NCBI GenBank assembly: GCA_044869275.1
Contig: JBIOXB010000211.1
Coordinates: 1-64,000 of the forward strand
DNA length: 64,000 nt
Direction of reading: 5' to 3'
Source of the DNA: a bacterium
GTDB taxonomy: Bacteria; Zhuqueibacterota; Zhuqueibacteria; Zhuqueibacterales; Zhuqueibacteraceae
The translations under genes and the position numbers were made by a program. The notes beneath the pieces are model-generated. The model worked only from the letters and a program-made list of their open reading frames with translations, had not been told where the DNA came from and searched no databases. This document shows, piece by piece, positions 29,314 through 39,787 of the stretch. The number at the start of each line of letters is the position of its first letter. Position 1 is the stretch's first letter.

Positions 29314-29564
29314 TCACGCCGCTTGAAGATTGAGATATTCGATTTCTTCATTCGCAACAACGGCTTTGGCATAAGCAAGACACGCCCGAATGTCTTCCGG
29401 CTCCAGGTCGGGATAATCTTCCAGCAGCTCCCCCTCCGTCACTCCTTTTGGCTGAGCAAATCCAAAATCATTTCAACTGAGATGCGAAGCCCGCGCACGT
29501 TCGGCTTGCCATCGAAGATGCGGGGATCGGAGGTGATTCTTTCCCAAAGCGAGCGATGTGACAT
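29314..29564 (-). pseudogene. DUF433 antitoxin, frameshifted, followed by a truncated DUF5615-like toxin start
   Basis: Own translation: MSHRSLWERITSDPRIFDGKPNVRGLRISVEMILDLLSQ, then shifted GVTEGELLEDYPDLEPEDIRACLAYA; next ATG (29314) gives MNFLIE. Confidence 0.75.
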
Positions 29565-29882
29565 TTGATCTCCTTTAATTATGCATTTATGACTCTTGTC
29601 GATATCATGAGTTTACGAAGCCGCAAGGGGTCTGCGGTAATTGTCCATCTGTCTTTGATTGACGTCTTTTTGATGGCTTCGTAGGAATTGTCAGGCGACG
29701 CCATTCCAACTCATCTTACAATATCCATGGGCAATTTATGACTCATTTCATGCCTTTGCAATGAAAAATTTCTTGTCTTTGCATTCCTCTGGCGCGAATC
29801 GATTTGCCTTCCCTTCATGTTTCTATTGTTTTTCTCTTCTGCTTTTCTTGACTTTCGCCGGAAAGTTCGTAGATTCACCGGC

Positions 29883-31409
29883 ATGAAAACCGCCGATCAA
29901 AACTGGGAACGCCTCGTCGATCTCGCCTGCCTGCTCCACCAACAAAATGATTTTCATGAGATTCTGCGCGTGGTGGCACAACAAGCGGCGAGCCTGCTAC
30001 AAGCTGAGATCGCCTTAATCTTGATGATTAATCCCCGCTCGCTTGAAACGGTCAAAACGGTGATGCGCGAAGGCGAGCTGCAGGACGAGCGCAAATTTAA
30101 GGCATTTCACCATCAAATCAGTGGTTGGATCATGAGCAACCGGCTGCCGTTGTTGTGCGAAAACATCAAACAAGACGCCCGTTTCAGCGGCGTGACGTGG
30201 CGAGAGGCGGCGGTTGAAGCGGTGCTGGGCGTGCCGCTCTCATGCGAAGGCACGCTCTTGGGCACGCTGATCTTGTTGAATAAAACAGCGGAGAAAAAAT
30301 TCACCGACCTCGACCTCGCCTATCTGGAAAGACTGGCGGTGATGGCCGCGCCCTATTTGCGCAACGTACAGAAGATCGCGGAATATTTCGAAACGCCTCT
30401 GCCGGAGGCGGCGTTGTTCGCGAAGTACGAGCAAGCCGGTCTACTCGGCAAAAGTCCGAAATTCATCGAGCTGCTCAAAGCCATTGAAGCCGCCACGCGC
30501 TGCGACGTGCGCGTGTTGGTTGAAGGTGAGACCGGAACCGGGAAGGAATTGGTGGCGCGTGCCATTCATCGTTTCAGCCGGCGCAGCGGCCAGCCGTTCG
30601 TCGCCATTGATTGCGGCGCGATCCCCGAAAACTTGATCGAAAGCGAGCTGTTCGGCCACGTGAAAGGTGCCTTCACCGGCGCGCTGCAAGAGCGCAAGGG
30701 CCTGTTCGAGGAGGCGCATCAAGGCACGCTGTTCATGGATGAAATCGCCAATCTGCCCTTGCACATTCAAACCAAATTCATGCGCGTGCTGGAGCAAAAT
30801 GAGGTTCGTCCGCTGGGCAGCAACGTCGCTCGCCAAGTCGATGTGCGCGTCATTGCCGCCTCCAGCCGTTCGCTGCGCGAGCTCATGAGCAAACAGCTTT
30901 TTCGCGAGGATTTGTTTTACCGCTTGCATGTTTATCCCCTCAGAGCGCCTTCTTTGCAGGAACGGCTGGAAGACATTCCTTTATTGGCGCATCATTTCTT
31001 GCAGCATTGCGCCCGGCAACAACAAAAGCAAGTCGAGAGCTTTCACGACAGTATTTTGCTTTATATGAAGCAACGCTCCTGGCCAGGCAACATCCGGCAA
31101 TTGGAAAACTTTGTCGAGCGGCTGGTGACGCTGTCAAGGCCTGAAAGCAAAACCATAAAGCTGGAAGATTTGCCGGTTGACATCAGAGCGGAGGTGAAAA
31201 AAAATGATGTAGATCATGCGGAGACTGCCGGCTTTTCATCTTTGACGGAAAGCCTGGCAGTTTATGAAGCGCAGCTCATTCGCCAGGCGTTGTCCCAGCA
31301 TCGTGGGAATCAATCTCAGGCGGCAAGGCATTTGCGCATTCCCGTGCAAACATTGCAATATAAAATGAAGAAGCTTGGCATCGCTCCAACCTCTGTGCGA
31401 AAGAAATAA
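29883..31409 (+). CDS. GAF + AAA+ sigma-54 enhancer-binding protein with Fis HTH
   Basis: GETGTGKE, ESELFGHVKGAFTGA, FREDLFYRL, WPGNIRQL, GNQSQAA. Confidence 0.92.
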   Translation: MKTADQNWERLVDLACLLHQQNDFHEILRVVAQQAASLLQAEIALILMINPRSLETVKTVMREGELQDERKFKAFHHQISGWIMSNRLPLLCENIKQDARFSGVTWREAAVEAVLGVPLSCEGTLLGTLILLNKTAEKKFTDLDLAYLERLAVMAAPYLRNVQKIAEYFETPLPEAALFAKYEQAGLLGKSPKFIELLKAIEAATRCDVRVLVEGETGTGKELVARAIHRFSRRSGQPFVAIDCGAIPENLIESELFGHVKGAFTGALQERKGLFEEAHQGTLFMDEIANLPLHIQTKFMRVLEQNEVRPLGSNVARQVDVRVIAASSRSLRELMSKQLFREDLFYRLHVYPLRAPSLQERLEDIPLLAHHFLQHCARQQQKQVESFHDSILLYMKQRSWPGNIRQLENFVERLVTLSRPESKTIKLEDLPVDIRAEVKKNDVDHAETAGFSSLTESLAVYEAQLIRQALSQHRGNQSQAARHLRIPVQTLQYKMKKLGIAPTSVRKK

Positions 31410-31495
31410 ATAGCGGCAGAGAGATTGAGCATTTGTATCGTGCCCGGTGCTGAAGAAGATTCAGACTGTATAAAAATGCTTGGTTTCAACGCCGG

Positions 31496-31547
31496 CTGAG
31501 CTTGTCGAAGCCGGATCTTTGAACTTAGCACCCTTCGACAAGCTCAG
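31496..31547. repeat. REP-like palindrome
   Basis: CTGAGCTTGTCGAAG ... CTTCGACAAGCTCAG perfect 15-bp arms. Confidence 0.7.
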
Positions 31548-31639
31548 GGTGCGGCATTCCCAGGTTTTCACACAGTCAGATTCTTCCAGAATGACAGAGT
31601 AGAGGGCGTGAGCATCAGGAATAGTACTGAGGTCAACTC

Positions 31640-33367
31640 ATGCACGGCGGCGACCGCATCGCAGAAGTTCTGAAAGCCCAGGGTGTGCAATTCCTTTTCA
31701 CTTTGTGTGGCGGGCATATTTCTCCCATTCTTGTGGGCTGCAAACAGCGCGGCATGCGCGTGATCGATGTGCGGCATGAAGTCACGGCGGTGTTTGCGGC
31801 GGATGCCGTGGCGCGCTTGACCGGTATTCCCGGCGTGGCGGCGGTGACGGCCGGGCCCGGCGTGACGAATACCATCACCGCAATCAAAAATGCCCAGCTC
31901 GCGCAATCGCCGGTGATTCTGTTGGGCGGAGCGACGGCTACGGCGCTGAAAGGCCGCGGCGCATTGCAAGACATCGATCAAATAGCTTTGTTCCGGCCGC
32001 ATGTAAAATGGGCGAAATCAGTGCGCCGCGTGCGCGATCTCGGGCCGGTCCTGGCAAATGCCTTCACCATTGCACAAAGTGACGTACCCGGCCCCGTGTT
32101 CATGGAATGTCCGGTGGATTTGCTCTATGAGGAAGCGACGGTGCGCGAATGGTATGGCTTGAAAGCACAACCCGGAAAATCGCTCGCCGAGCGCGCGCTC
32201 AAATTTTACCTCGACCATCATGTCAATCGCTTGTTTACCGGCGCAGCGTCAACGCTTTCGACCGCACGCGCGATTTTTTCCATACCACAGCCCAGTGGTG
32301 CAAGTATAGCTCAGGCCGCAAAAAAATTATCGCAAGCCGAGCGCCCTCTCCTGCTCGTGGGAAGCCAAGCTTTGCTGGATGCCGCCCATGCTGCACCAAT
32401 CGCAAACGCAGTCGAGAAACTCGGCATTCCGGTTTACCTTTCCGGCATGGCGCGTGGCTTATTGGGCCGGCGGCATGCGTTGCTTATGCGCCACAAACGC
32501 CGCGAAGCCTTGCGTGAGGCTGATCTTGTCGTCCTTGCAGGTGTGCCTTGTGATTTTCGCCTCGATTATGGCCGGCACATTCGCCGCAGCACGTTTTTAA
32601 TTTCCGCCAATCGCAGCCGCGCAGATTTGAACAAGAACCGCCGCCCCCATCTCGGCATTCGCGGCGATGCCGGAATCTTTCTGCAAAGATTGGCGGAACA
32701 ATTCCATCCCTCCGAACGCTGGCAAGCTTGGCGCGAGCAATTGCGGCAGCGCGATCAAGCGCGTGAACGAGAAATTCGCGAGCAAGCGGCGGTCACCAAG
32801 GATCTCGTCAATCCCTTGCAGCTCTGCCGGGAGATTGAGAAAAGGATCGCTGATGACAGCATCATCGTCGCCGATGGCGGTGATTTTGTGGCTACGGCCT
32901 CGTATATCATGAGTCCGCGCGGGCCGCTCACCTGGCTCGATCCGGGCGTGTTCGGCACGCTTGGCGTCGGCGCCGGCTTTGCACTGGGCGCGAAACTATG
33001 CCGGCCCGATGCTGAAGTTTGGATTATCTACGGCGATGGCGCGGCGGGATATAGTCTGGCAGAAATCGATACCTTCGTGCGGCATCAAATTCCAGTGATC
33101 GCCGTGGTGGGCAACGACGCCGGCTGGACGCAGATCGCGCGCGAGCAGGTGGTAATGCTCAACGATGACGTGGGCACGGTCCTGCGGCACTCTGATTATG
33201 AACGCGTTGCGGCAGGTTTTGGTGGGAAGGGATTCTTGTTAAAAGACATGGACCAGATTGAGCCAATTCTCGCACAAGCAAAACAAGCAGCAAAAGCTGG
33301 CCAGCCGGTATTGATCAACGCCCATTTGGATAAAACGGAGTTTCGTAAGGGATCGATCTCGATGTGA
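31640..33367 (+). CDS. ThDP-dependent enzyme, acetolactate-synthase-like (IlvB-like / 2-hydroxyacyl-CoA lyase family)
   Basis: [25 protein letters not shown]...GND ThDP motif. Confidence 0.85.
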   Translation: MHGGDRIAEVLKAQGVQFLFTLCGGHISPILVGCKQRGMRVIDVRHEVTAVFAADAVARLTGIPGVAAVTAGPGVTNTITAIKNAQLAQSPVILLGGATATALKGRGALQDIDQIALFRPHVKWAKSVRRVRDLGPVLANAFTIAQSDVPGPVFMECPVDLLYEEATVREWYGLKAQPGKSLAERALKFYLDHHVNRLFTGAASTLSTARAIFSIPQPSGASIAQAAKKLSQAERPLLLVGSQALLDAAHAAPIANAVEKLGIPVYLSGMARGLLGRRHALLMRHKRREALREADLVVLAGVPCDFRLDYGRHIRRSTFLISANRSRADLNKNRRPHLGIRGDAGIFLQRLAEQFHPSERWQAWREQLRQRDQAREREIREQAAVTKDLVNPLQLCREIEKRIADDSIIVADGGDFVATASYIMSPRGPLTWLDPGVFGTLGVGAGFALGAKLCRPDAEVWIIYGDGAAGYSLAEIDTFVRHQIPVIAVVGNDAGWTQIAREQVVMLNDDVGTVLRHSDYERVAAGFGGKGFLLKDMDQIEPILAQAKQAAKAGQPVLINAHLDKTEFRKGSISM

Positions 33368-33384
33368 ATGACAAGTGGTGTGGG

Positions 33385-35979
33385 TCAACCCGATCCCCGC
33401 ATACGGCCATAGAAATTCTTGATTTCCTCAAAAACCTCTTCCGAATTCCCGCCCGCTATCCGGCATTCGGGCAGGGATTCCAAAAACAAACGGCCGTAGT
33501 ATTTCGTCGCGATGCGGTTGTCGAAAATCGCGATCACGCCGAAATCGGTTTTGCGGCGGATCAGCCGGCCAAAACCCTGTTTGAATTTGATCACCGCCTG
33601 AGGCACGGAGAAATCCATAAAGGAATTGCCGCCGCGGCGGTCGATCGCTTCCACGCGCGCTTCGATGATCGGCTCCGTCGGCACGCGAAACGGCAGCCGC
33701 GGAATGATCACGCATTCCAGGGCTTCGCCGTGCACATCCACGCCCTGCCAGAAGCTGTCGGTGCCAAACAAAACCGACCCCACTTTGCTTCTGAATCTTT
33801 CCAACAAACGATGGCGATTCTCCTGCCCCTGCTTCAGCGCGAGGAATCCTTTGGCATTCAACTCCGGCGCGAGCAAATTATAGATTTGATTGAGCAAGCC
33901 ATAAGCCGTGAACAAAATAAAAGCGCGGCCTTGCGAAAGCTCGAGCGTGCGCGCCAGCAGTTGTTTCAAGGCTTGCGGATAACGCCCTTCCGTGGGCGCG
34001 GGAATATCCGTGGGAATCGCGAGCAAAACCTGTCGGGGATAATCAAAGGGCGATTCGAGTTGGATGCTGGTACGCCGCGCGGCCTCGATGCGATTCAGTC
34101 CGAGCCTTTCCTCCAAAAAGCTGAAGGATTTTCCCACCGCCAGCGTTGCGGAAGTGAGCACGACGGTGGGGAACGCTTCGAAAACTTTTTTTTGCATGAT
34201 CGGCGCGATGTCCAGTGGCGCGCTGTGCAAACGCACGATGTTGCCGTAACGCGATGCTTTCAGCTCCAGCCAGCGCACGAGGTTTTCGTCGTTGCTGAGC
34301 AACACTTGCTCGAATTCCGTGGCCAGCGCCGACAGCCGGTTGGCCTGCGCCATGAGGTCGAGGGCGAGCGAAGCCGCCTCGCTGCCGATGTAGTGCTCCG
34401 CCGTGTCGAACAGGCTGTTGAGCTTGGCCAAAGCCTCGGTGCATTCGCGCAGCGTGTTCAAAAAGCTCGGCACGTGCTGGGACAGTATTTCTTGAAAATT
34501 CCGGTCCTGGCACAGCGCCGGGGTCAATCGAATTTTTGCTTCACTGAATTCTGCCTGGCGCCTGGAGATGCCCCATGCGAACAGCCGCTCCATCACGTTG
34601 CCGAGGGAGAGTTCGAGATTCTGCACCAACGGCGCGCACAGGCCTTCGGCTTGCTCTCGAAATTTTTCCAGCAGCGAGCGCGTAAGGCGGCCGGCATGCT
34701 TTTGCATCTTGACCATCGTGAACGGCAAGAGTCCGGTCGCTTTTTTGTCTTTGAAACGATAGAGTTTGTGCAGAATGCGCAAAAAGCCGTGATAACTCGC
34801 CGCCGCGCCAAAGTAGGTCGAGGCCACGTCTTCGATATCGTGCCCTTCATCCAAAATGATGCGATGGTACTTGGGCAACACGGCGACTTCTGAGCTCATG
34901 CCGCTCTCCGCGCGCACGGCGAGATCGGCGAAAAGAATGTGATGGTTGGCGATGAGCAGGTCGGCGGTGGCGGCACGGCGGCGGGCGTTGTAAAAAAAAC
35001 ATTCATTGTAAAAGGGGCATTTCGCCCGCAGCGTGGTGTCGCTCTCGGATTGAATCTTTTCCCACACTGGCTCGCTGGGCAGGAAGCCAAGGTCGGATTT
35101 GCTGCCCTCGGCAGTTTTCTTCGCCCAAGCGAGAAGGCTCAGTAATTCCTGCTGCTGCGCCGTGTCAGAAAACAAGTCGGGCTGGGTCTGCACTTCGGAC
35201 AATTTGCGTTTACAAGCGTAATTGGTGCGGCCCTTCACCAGCGCCGCGCGAAACTTTGTTTGCAGCGTCTCCTGCAAGAGGGGAATGTCCTTTTGCATCA
35301 ATTGCTCCTGCAGGTTGATCGTGCCCGTTGCGATCACCGTGCGCTCGCCGTTGCGCACGCTCCATTCGAGGGCAGGCAGAAGATAGGCGAGCGTTTTGCC
35401 CGTGCCTGTTCCCGCTTCCACGATCGCAATCTTATTCTGGTTGAAAGCGTCGGCGACATGCTCGAGCATGCGCTGCTGCTGCGGCCGGGCTTCATAGTGG
35501 TCGAGCTTGCGCGCGACGGGACCGCTGGCGCCGAGCCAGGCATTCAACTTTTGCACCTCGAGGAGGTGGATCTTTTTCTCGCGCTGCGGCTCGACCACGA
35601 CGTAAATGTCGTCCACCTGATTGTTGACGATGTAAAACGCGACAGATTCGTTTCCCAGCTCCGAGGCAATGCCGGCGTCGGCGTTGGAAGGCTGCAAAAC
35701 GCCCGAGGGATGATTGTGCATCACCGCGTCGCCGGTGTGCACGACATTCATGATCGCCGGCACCATGTTTTTATTGCCGCGCGCGACCACCTGTGCAGAT
35801 TCCACCACGCCTTTGATATTCACCTTTCCGACGAAAAAGACTTCATTGCCGCGCGCTTCGAGAATGTGATGGCGCATATAGGCAATGGCCTCATCGGAGA
35901 GATAGGATTTGATTTTGGGAAGGGGTTGTGGCATGGCTGGTTGCTCGTTACGCATTGCTGGCACATCGACCTCACGCAC
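33385..35979 (-). CDS. dinG: DinG-family helicase with N-terminal JAB/RadC-like domain
   Basis: EAGTGTGKT, DEGH, SATL, FWQGVD, QGFGRLIR; N-terminal HNHPSG..PS..D; start uncertain. Confidence 0.88.
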   Translation of the reverse strand: MREVDVPAMRNEQPAMPQPLPKIKSYLSDEAIAYMRHHILEARGNEVFFVGKVNIKGVVESAQVVARGNKNMVPAIMNVVHTGDAVMHNHPSGVLQPSNADAGIASELGNESVAFYIVNNQVDDIYVVVEPQREKKIHLLEVQKLNAWLGASGPVARKLDHYEARPQQQRMLEHVADAFNQNKIAIVEAGTGTGKTLAYLLPALEWSVRNGERTVIATGTINLQEQLMQKDIPLLQETLQTKFRAALVKGRTNYACKRKLSEVQTQPDLFSDTAQQQELLSLLAWAKKTAEGSKSDLGFLPSEPVWEKIQSESDTTLRAKCPFYNECFFYNARRRAATADLLIANHHILFADLAVRAESGMSSEVAVLPKYHRIILDEGHDIEDVASTYFGAAASYHGFLRILHKLYRFKDKKATGLLPFTMVKMQKHAGRLTRSLLEKFREQAEGLCAPLVQNLELSLGNVMERLFAWGISRRQAEFSEAKIRLTPALCQDRNFQEILSQHVPSFLNTLRECTEALAKLNSLFDTAEHYIGSEAASLALDLMAQANRLSALATEFEQVLLSNDENLVRWLELKASRYGNIVRLHSAPLDIAPIMQKKVFEAFPTVVLTSATLAVGKSFSFLEERLGLNRIEAARRTSIQLESPFDYPRQVLLAIPTDIPAPTEGRYPQALKQLLARTLELSQGRAFILFTAYGLLNQIYNLLAPELNAKGFLALKQGQENRHRLLERFRSKVGSVLFGTDSFWQGVDVHGEALECVIIPRLPFRVPTEPIIEARVEAIDRRGGNSFMDFSVPQAVIKFKQGFGRLIRRKTDFGVIAIFDNRIATKYYGRLFLESLPECRIAGGNSEEVFEEIKNFYGRMRGSG

Positions 35980-36109
35980 AATATAACGATTTCTTCATAA
36001 AAAGAAAGGCCTGGTTACGGCGTGGGAGGCATAGGCATGAAAAATTACACCTTGCTTTCATGGAGGAAAATTATCAAATTTTGTGTGTAAAGATTGGGGG
36101 CCGGACTAT

Positions 36110-36166
36110 ATGGACGATTTGAGGTGGATCGAAAAATCGGCGGAGAATCTGGCTGTAGCAGCTTGA
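36110..36166 (+). other. Small ORF MDDLRWIEKSAENLAVAA within a structured intergenic region
   Basis: GGGGG upstream; overlapped and followed by hairpins. Confidence 0.3.
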
Positions 36167-36411
36167 GTTGCAGCAAACTCCCGCGCGGCTGAAAGTCTAA
36201 GCTTCAGCCCATGGCTTTCAAAATCATGCCCAGGCCGAATTTCCCTGCCGCCGCCAACATTCGCGCTTGACTTTGCTTCTCTAGGTCTATAAATTTGCTC
36301 TGCTTTTTTCCCAATCTCTTCGCGCGATACAACGGTTCGCTCATGAACCAGGACGAATTGATTTTTTCATGAGCGCGATTGGCTGCCAACCCTCACCAAC
36401 TGGAGCACGCC

Positions 36412-37410
36412 ATGATCCGAAAACTCGTGACTATTGAGCGGCATATCATCGAGCAGCAAAAGTCCTTTCCCCAGGCGACAGGCGAGTTTTCGGCTTTGCT
36501 GTACGACATGGCGTTTGCGGCCAAAATCATTTCACGAGAAGTGCGGCGTGCGGGACTGGTCGATATTCTCGGCTTTACCGGCGCGGAAAACGTGCAGGGC
36601 GAGATGGTGCGCAAACTCGACGAATTCGCGGACGATGTCATTTTTCGCGCGATGGACCACACCGGGCGACTGTGCTGCCTGGCCAGCGAAGAGCGCGAGG
36701 ATTTGATTCCCATCCCGGACGAATTCAAATGCGGCCATTATGTCCTCCTGTATGATCCCCTCGATGGTTCTTCTAATGTCGATGCCAACGTCAGCATCGG
36801 CACGATTTTCTCGATTCATCGCAAAATCAGTGCTGGCGAGCGCAGCGAGTTGAAGGATGCTTTGCAGGCTGGCGCCAAGCAGGTGGGCGCGGGCTATGTG
36901 TTGTACGGCTCCTCGACCATTCTGGTTTATACTTCGGGACAAGGGGTGCATGGTTTCACGCTCGATCCGACCGTGGGCGAGTTCTTGCTTTCGCATGAAA
37001 ATATCAAAATGCCCGCGCGCGGAAAAATCTACAGCGTAAATGAAGGGAATGCGGCCAATTGGGACCAGGGTATGCGCGCCTACGTCGAACATCTCAAGGC
37101 TGACGATAAAGCCACGGGCCGGCCGTATTCGTCGCGTTACATCGGCTCCCTGGTTTCCGACTTTCATCGCAATTTGTTGTATGGCGGAATTTTCATGTAT
37201 CCCGCCGACCGGAAAAATCCCAGCGGCAAATTGCGCCTATTATATGAAGCCAATCCGCTGGCTTTCATAGTTGAACAAGCCGGCGGTGCGGCGAGCGACG
37301 GCAAACAGCGCATCCTGGACATTGCACCGAAAGCGCTGCACCAGCGCACTCCCTTGCTCATCGGCTGCGCCGAAGACGTGCGCGAAGCCGTGCGCTTTCT
37401 CGCCCAATAA
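36412..37410 (+). CDS. fbp: Class I fructose-1,6-bisphosphatase
   Basis: [40 protein letters not shown]. Confidence 0.95.
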   Translation: MIRKLVTIERHIIEQQKSFPQATGEFSALLYDMAFAAKIISREVRRAGLVDILGFTGAENVQGEMVRKLDEFADDVIFRAMDHTGRLCCLASEEREDLIPIPDEFKCGHYVLLYDPLDGSSNVDANVSIGTIFSIHRKISAGERSELKDALQAGAKQVGAGYVLYGSSTILVYTSGQGVHGFTLDPTVGEFLLSHENIKMPARGKIYSVNEGNAANWDQGMRAYVEHLKADDKATGRPYSSRYIGSLVSDFHRNLLYGGIFMYPADRKNPSGKLRLLYEANPLAFIVEQAGGAASDGKQRILDIAPKALHQRTPLLIGCAEDVREAVRFLAQ

Positions 37411-37580
37411 ACTGCTTGACTCGTGCGAAAAAATTATATAACCTTACCGGCGCAAAATACGATGGACCAGCGTGAAGGTTGATCTCAGAATATCAGAGTA
37501 CAAGGCAACCGGGGGCTGCACGATCTTCACGTGTTTAATTCACACTTCAGTTTCAAACTCAATCAGGAAAGGGGGCGTTT

Positions 37581-38024
37581 ATGGCCTCACGTGGAGTAAA
37601 CAAAGTCATCTTAATCGGTCATGTCGGGCGCGATCCGGAGATTAAGTATACTCCGGGAGGAACCGCGATTGCCAATTTCAGCGTGGCGACGACGGACGCG
37701 TACAAAGACAAGGCCGGCAACCTGCAGGAGCGCACCGACTGGCATCGCATCGTTGCCATGGGCCGCACCGCGGAAGTCATGGGCGAGTACCTCAAGAAAG
37801 GGCAGCAGGTTTATGTTGAAGGCCGGCTGCAAACGCGCTCTTGGGACGATGACAAGGGGCAGAAACGCTATATCACCGAAATTGTCGCTCTGAGCGTGCA
37901 ATTTCTCGGCAAGAAATCCGAGGGCGGGGGCAACAGCAGCACTGGCTCCGCCGACATTCCGCCGCCTTCTGATGATTATGCCGCGCCTGCAGGAGCACCC
38001 AGTGAAGAAGATTTGCCCTTCTAA
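37581..38024 (+). CDS. ssb: Single-stranded DNA-binding protein
   Basis: [23 protein letters not shown], acidic tail EEDLPF. Confidence 0.97.
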   Translation: MASRGVNKVILIGHVGRDPEIKYTPGGTAIANFSVATTDAYKDKAGNLQERTDWHRIVAMGRTAEVMGEYLKKGQQVYVEGRLQTRSWDDDKGQKRYITEIVALSVQFLGKKSEGGGNSSTGSADIPPPSDDYAAPAGAPSEEDLPF

Positions 38025-38063
38025 AAAAACTGCAGCGCGCTGGTCTTGACGCTTACCCATCTT

Positions 38064-38098
38064 AAAATCCGGGTCCATGCGGGACTCGGATTTTTTTT
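38064..38098 (+). terminator. Intrinsic terminator after ssb
   Basis: AAAATCCGGGTCC-loop-GGACTCGGA followed by T8. Confidence 0.65.
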
Positions 38099-38104
38099 AC
38101 TACC

Positions 38105-38509
38105 ATGATGCGACCATCCGAACCCCTCGTAGCTGCAGCGATTGCCGCCAAACACAAAGCGCTGGCACCTTACTCCAAGTTTCGCGTCGGCGCGGCGGTG
38201 ATGACGGCGCAAGGCAAGATCTTCGACGGCTGCAACATTGAATCCAGCTCTTATGGCTTGACCTGTTGCGCCGAGCGCGTGGCATTATTCAAGGCATTGT
38301 CGGAAGGAGAAAGCGACTTTGTCTCTGTCGCGGTTGCTGCGGATACGGAGGATTTTTGCACGCCCTGCGGCGCATGCCGGCAAGTGTTATGGGATTACGC
38401 GCGCCGGGCGCGAGTCATTCTCGTCAATGCCAATAGCGATACCAAAGAGTTCGCGTTGGCAGAGCTCCTGCCGCAGGCGTTCGACGACCATTTGTTATTA
38501 CAAAGGTGA
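38105..38509 (+). CDS. cdd: Cytidine deaminase
   Basis: APYSKFRVGAA, CAER, PCGACRQ. Confidence 0.95.
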   Translation: MMRPSEPLVAAAIAAKHKALAPYSKFRVGAAVMTAQGKIFDGCNIESSSYGLTCCAERVALFKALSEGESDFVSVAVAADTEDFCTPCGACRQVLWDYARRARVILVNANSDTKEFALAELLPQAFDDHLLLQR

Positions 38510-38512
38510 GGT

Positions 38513-39142
38513 GTGAGGGAGCGAGGTATCTTAATTGGTCTGGCCGGCGGCTCAGGTTCTGGTAAAACCATGGTGACGCGGCGGCTGATCGAACAATTGG
38601 GCTCGGACCGCGTCATCGTGGTGGAGCAGGATTCGTACTACAAGGATTTGAGCCACTTGCCGTTCGAGGAACGTGCGGCGCAGAATTTCGATCATCCCGA
38701 GGCCATGGATTCTGAATTGCTGATCCAGCATATTCAAACCTTGTTGCTCGGTCGCACGGTCGAAATTCCGGTCTATGATTTTACGCGCCATTTGCGCCAG
38801 CCTGACACGCGCAGCACCGGCCCCCACGATGTGATCGTCTTGGAGGGCATCTTGATTCTCGACAATCCCAGGCTGAGGGAGTTGATGGATATCAAAGTCT
38901 ACGTCGATACCGATGCCGACGTGCGCTTCATCCGCCGTTTGAAACGCGACACTCAGGAACGCGGCCGCTCGACGGCCGCTGTGATCGCGCAATATGAGCG
39001 CACCGTGCGGCCCATGCATCTGCAATTCGTCGAGCCCACCAAACGCTATGCCGACATCATTATCCCCGAGGGTGGCTTCAATGAAGTGGCGATCGATTTG
39101 CTGCGCACGAAAATCGAGGCGCTGCTGCGCGCCCGCCGCTAG
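38513..39142 (+). CDS. udk: Uridine kinase
   Basis: GLAGGSGSGKT, QDSYY, NFDHP, RRLKRD..ERGR. Confidence 0.95.
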   Translation: MRERGILIGLAGGSGSGKTMVTRRLIEQLGSDRVIVVEQDSYYKDLSHLPFEERAAQNFDHPEAMDSELLIQHIQTLLLGRTVEIPVYDFTRHLRQPDTRSTGPHDVIVLEGILILDNPRLRELMDIKVYVDTDADVRFIRRLKRDTQERGRSTAAVIAQYERTVRPMHLQFVEPTKRYADIIIPEGGFNEVAIDLLRTKIEALLRARR

Positions 39143-39201
39143 AGGGCAAGATTGACTGCATGATCACGACGAGGCAATTTTGGAGGAAATGACCTGAAGC
39201 T

Positions 39202-39759
39202 ATGATCGGCAAGAATTCCACAGGCTCTCTCGAAATCGTTTGCGGCAGCATGTTTAGCGGCAAAACCGAGGAATTGATACGCCGGCTTCGGCGCGCGCAA
39301 ATTGCCAAACAACGCGTGGCGATTTTCAAGCCGGCCCTGGACAGCCGCTATGGCAGCGATCACATCGTCTCGCACAGCGAGCAGAAGCTGCGCTCCGAGC
39401 CGGTGCAAAACGCGCAAGAGATTCTGCAAAAGATCGGGGACGCGCAGGTCGTGGGCATCGACGAGGGCCAGTTTTTTGATAACACCCTGATTGCCGTATG
39501 CAACGAGCTGGCGCATCGCGGCGTGCGCGTCATCGTCGCCGGGCTGGACATGGATTATCGCGGCGTTCCCTTCGAACCGATCCCCCAGCTCATGGCGATT
39601 GCCGAGCATGTGACCAAGACCCAGGCAATCTGCATGCAATGCGGCGAGCCGGCTGCGTTTACCCAACGTTTGACCCCGGCGCGCGATCGCGTCGTCGTCG
39701 GTGCCAAGGAAATGTACGAAGCGCGCTGCCGCCAATGCTACATCCCGCCGGAGAATTAA
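39202..39759 (+). CDS. tdk: Thymidine kinase
   Basis: [29 protein letters not shown]. Confidence 0.95.
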   Translation: MIGKNSTGSLEIVCGSMFSGKTEELIRRLRRAQIAKQRVAIFKPALDSRYGSDHIVSHSEQKLRSEPVQNAQEILQKIGDAQVVGIDEGQFFDNTLIAVCNELAHRGVRVIVAGLDMDYRGVPFEPIPQLMAIAEHVTKTQAICMQCGEPAAFTQRLTPARDRVVVGAKEMYEARCRQCYIPPEN

Positions 39760-39787
39760 AGGAAACGCCCGCGCTGGAACGAAAACG

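Noticed and set aside
29088..29378. 96-aa minus-strand ORF as an intact gene
   Set aside because: Better explained as off-frame read-through of the decayed DUF433/DUF5615 pair.
36093..36210. Full tmRNA gene
   Set aside because: Too short; lacks the GGTTCRA T-loop, CCA end and typical 5' acceptor-stem context.
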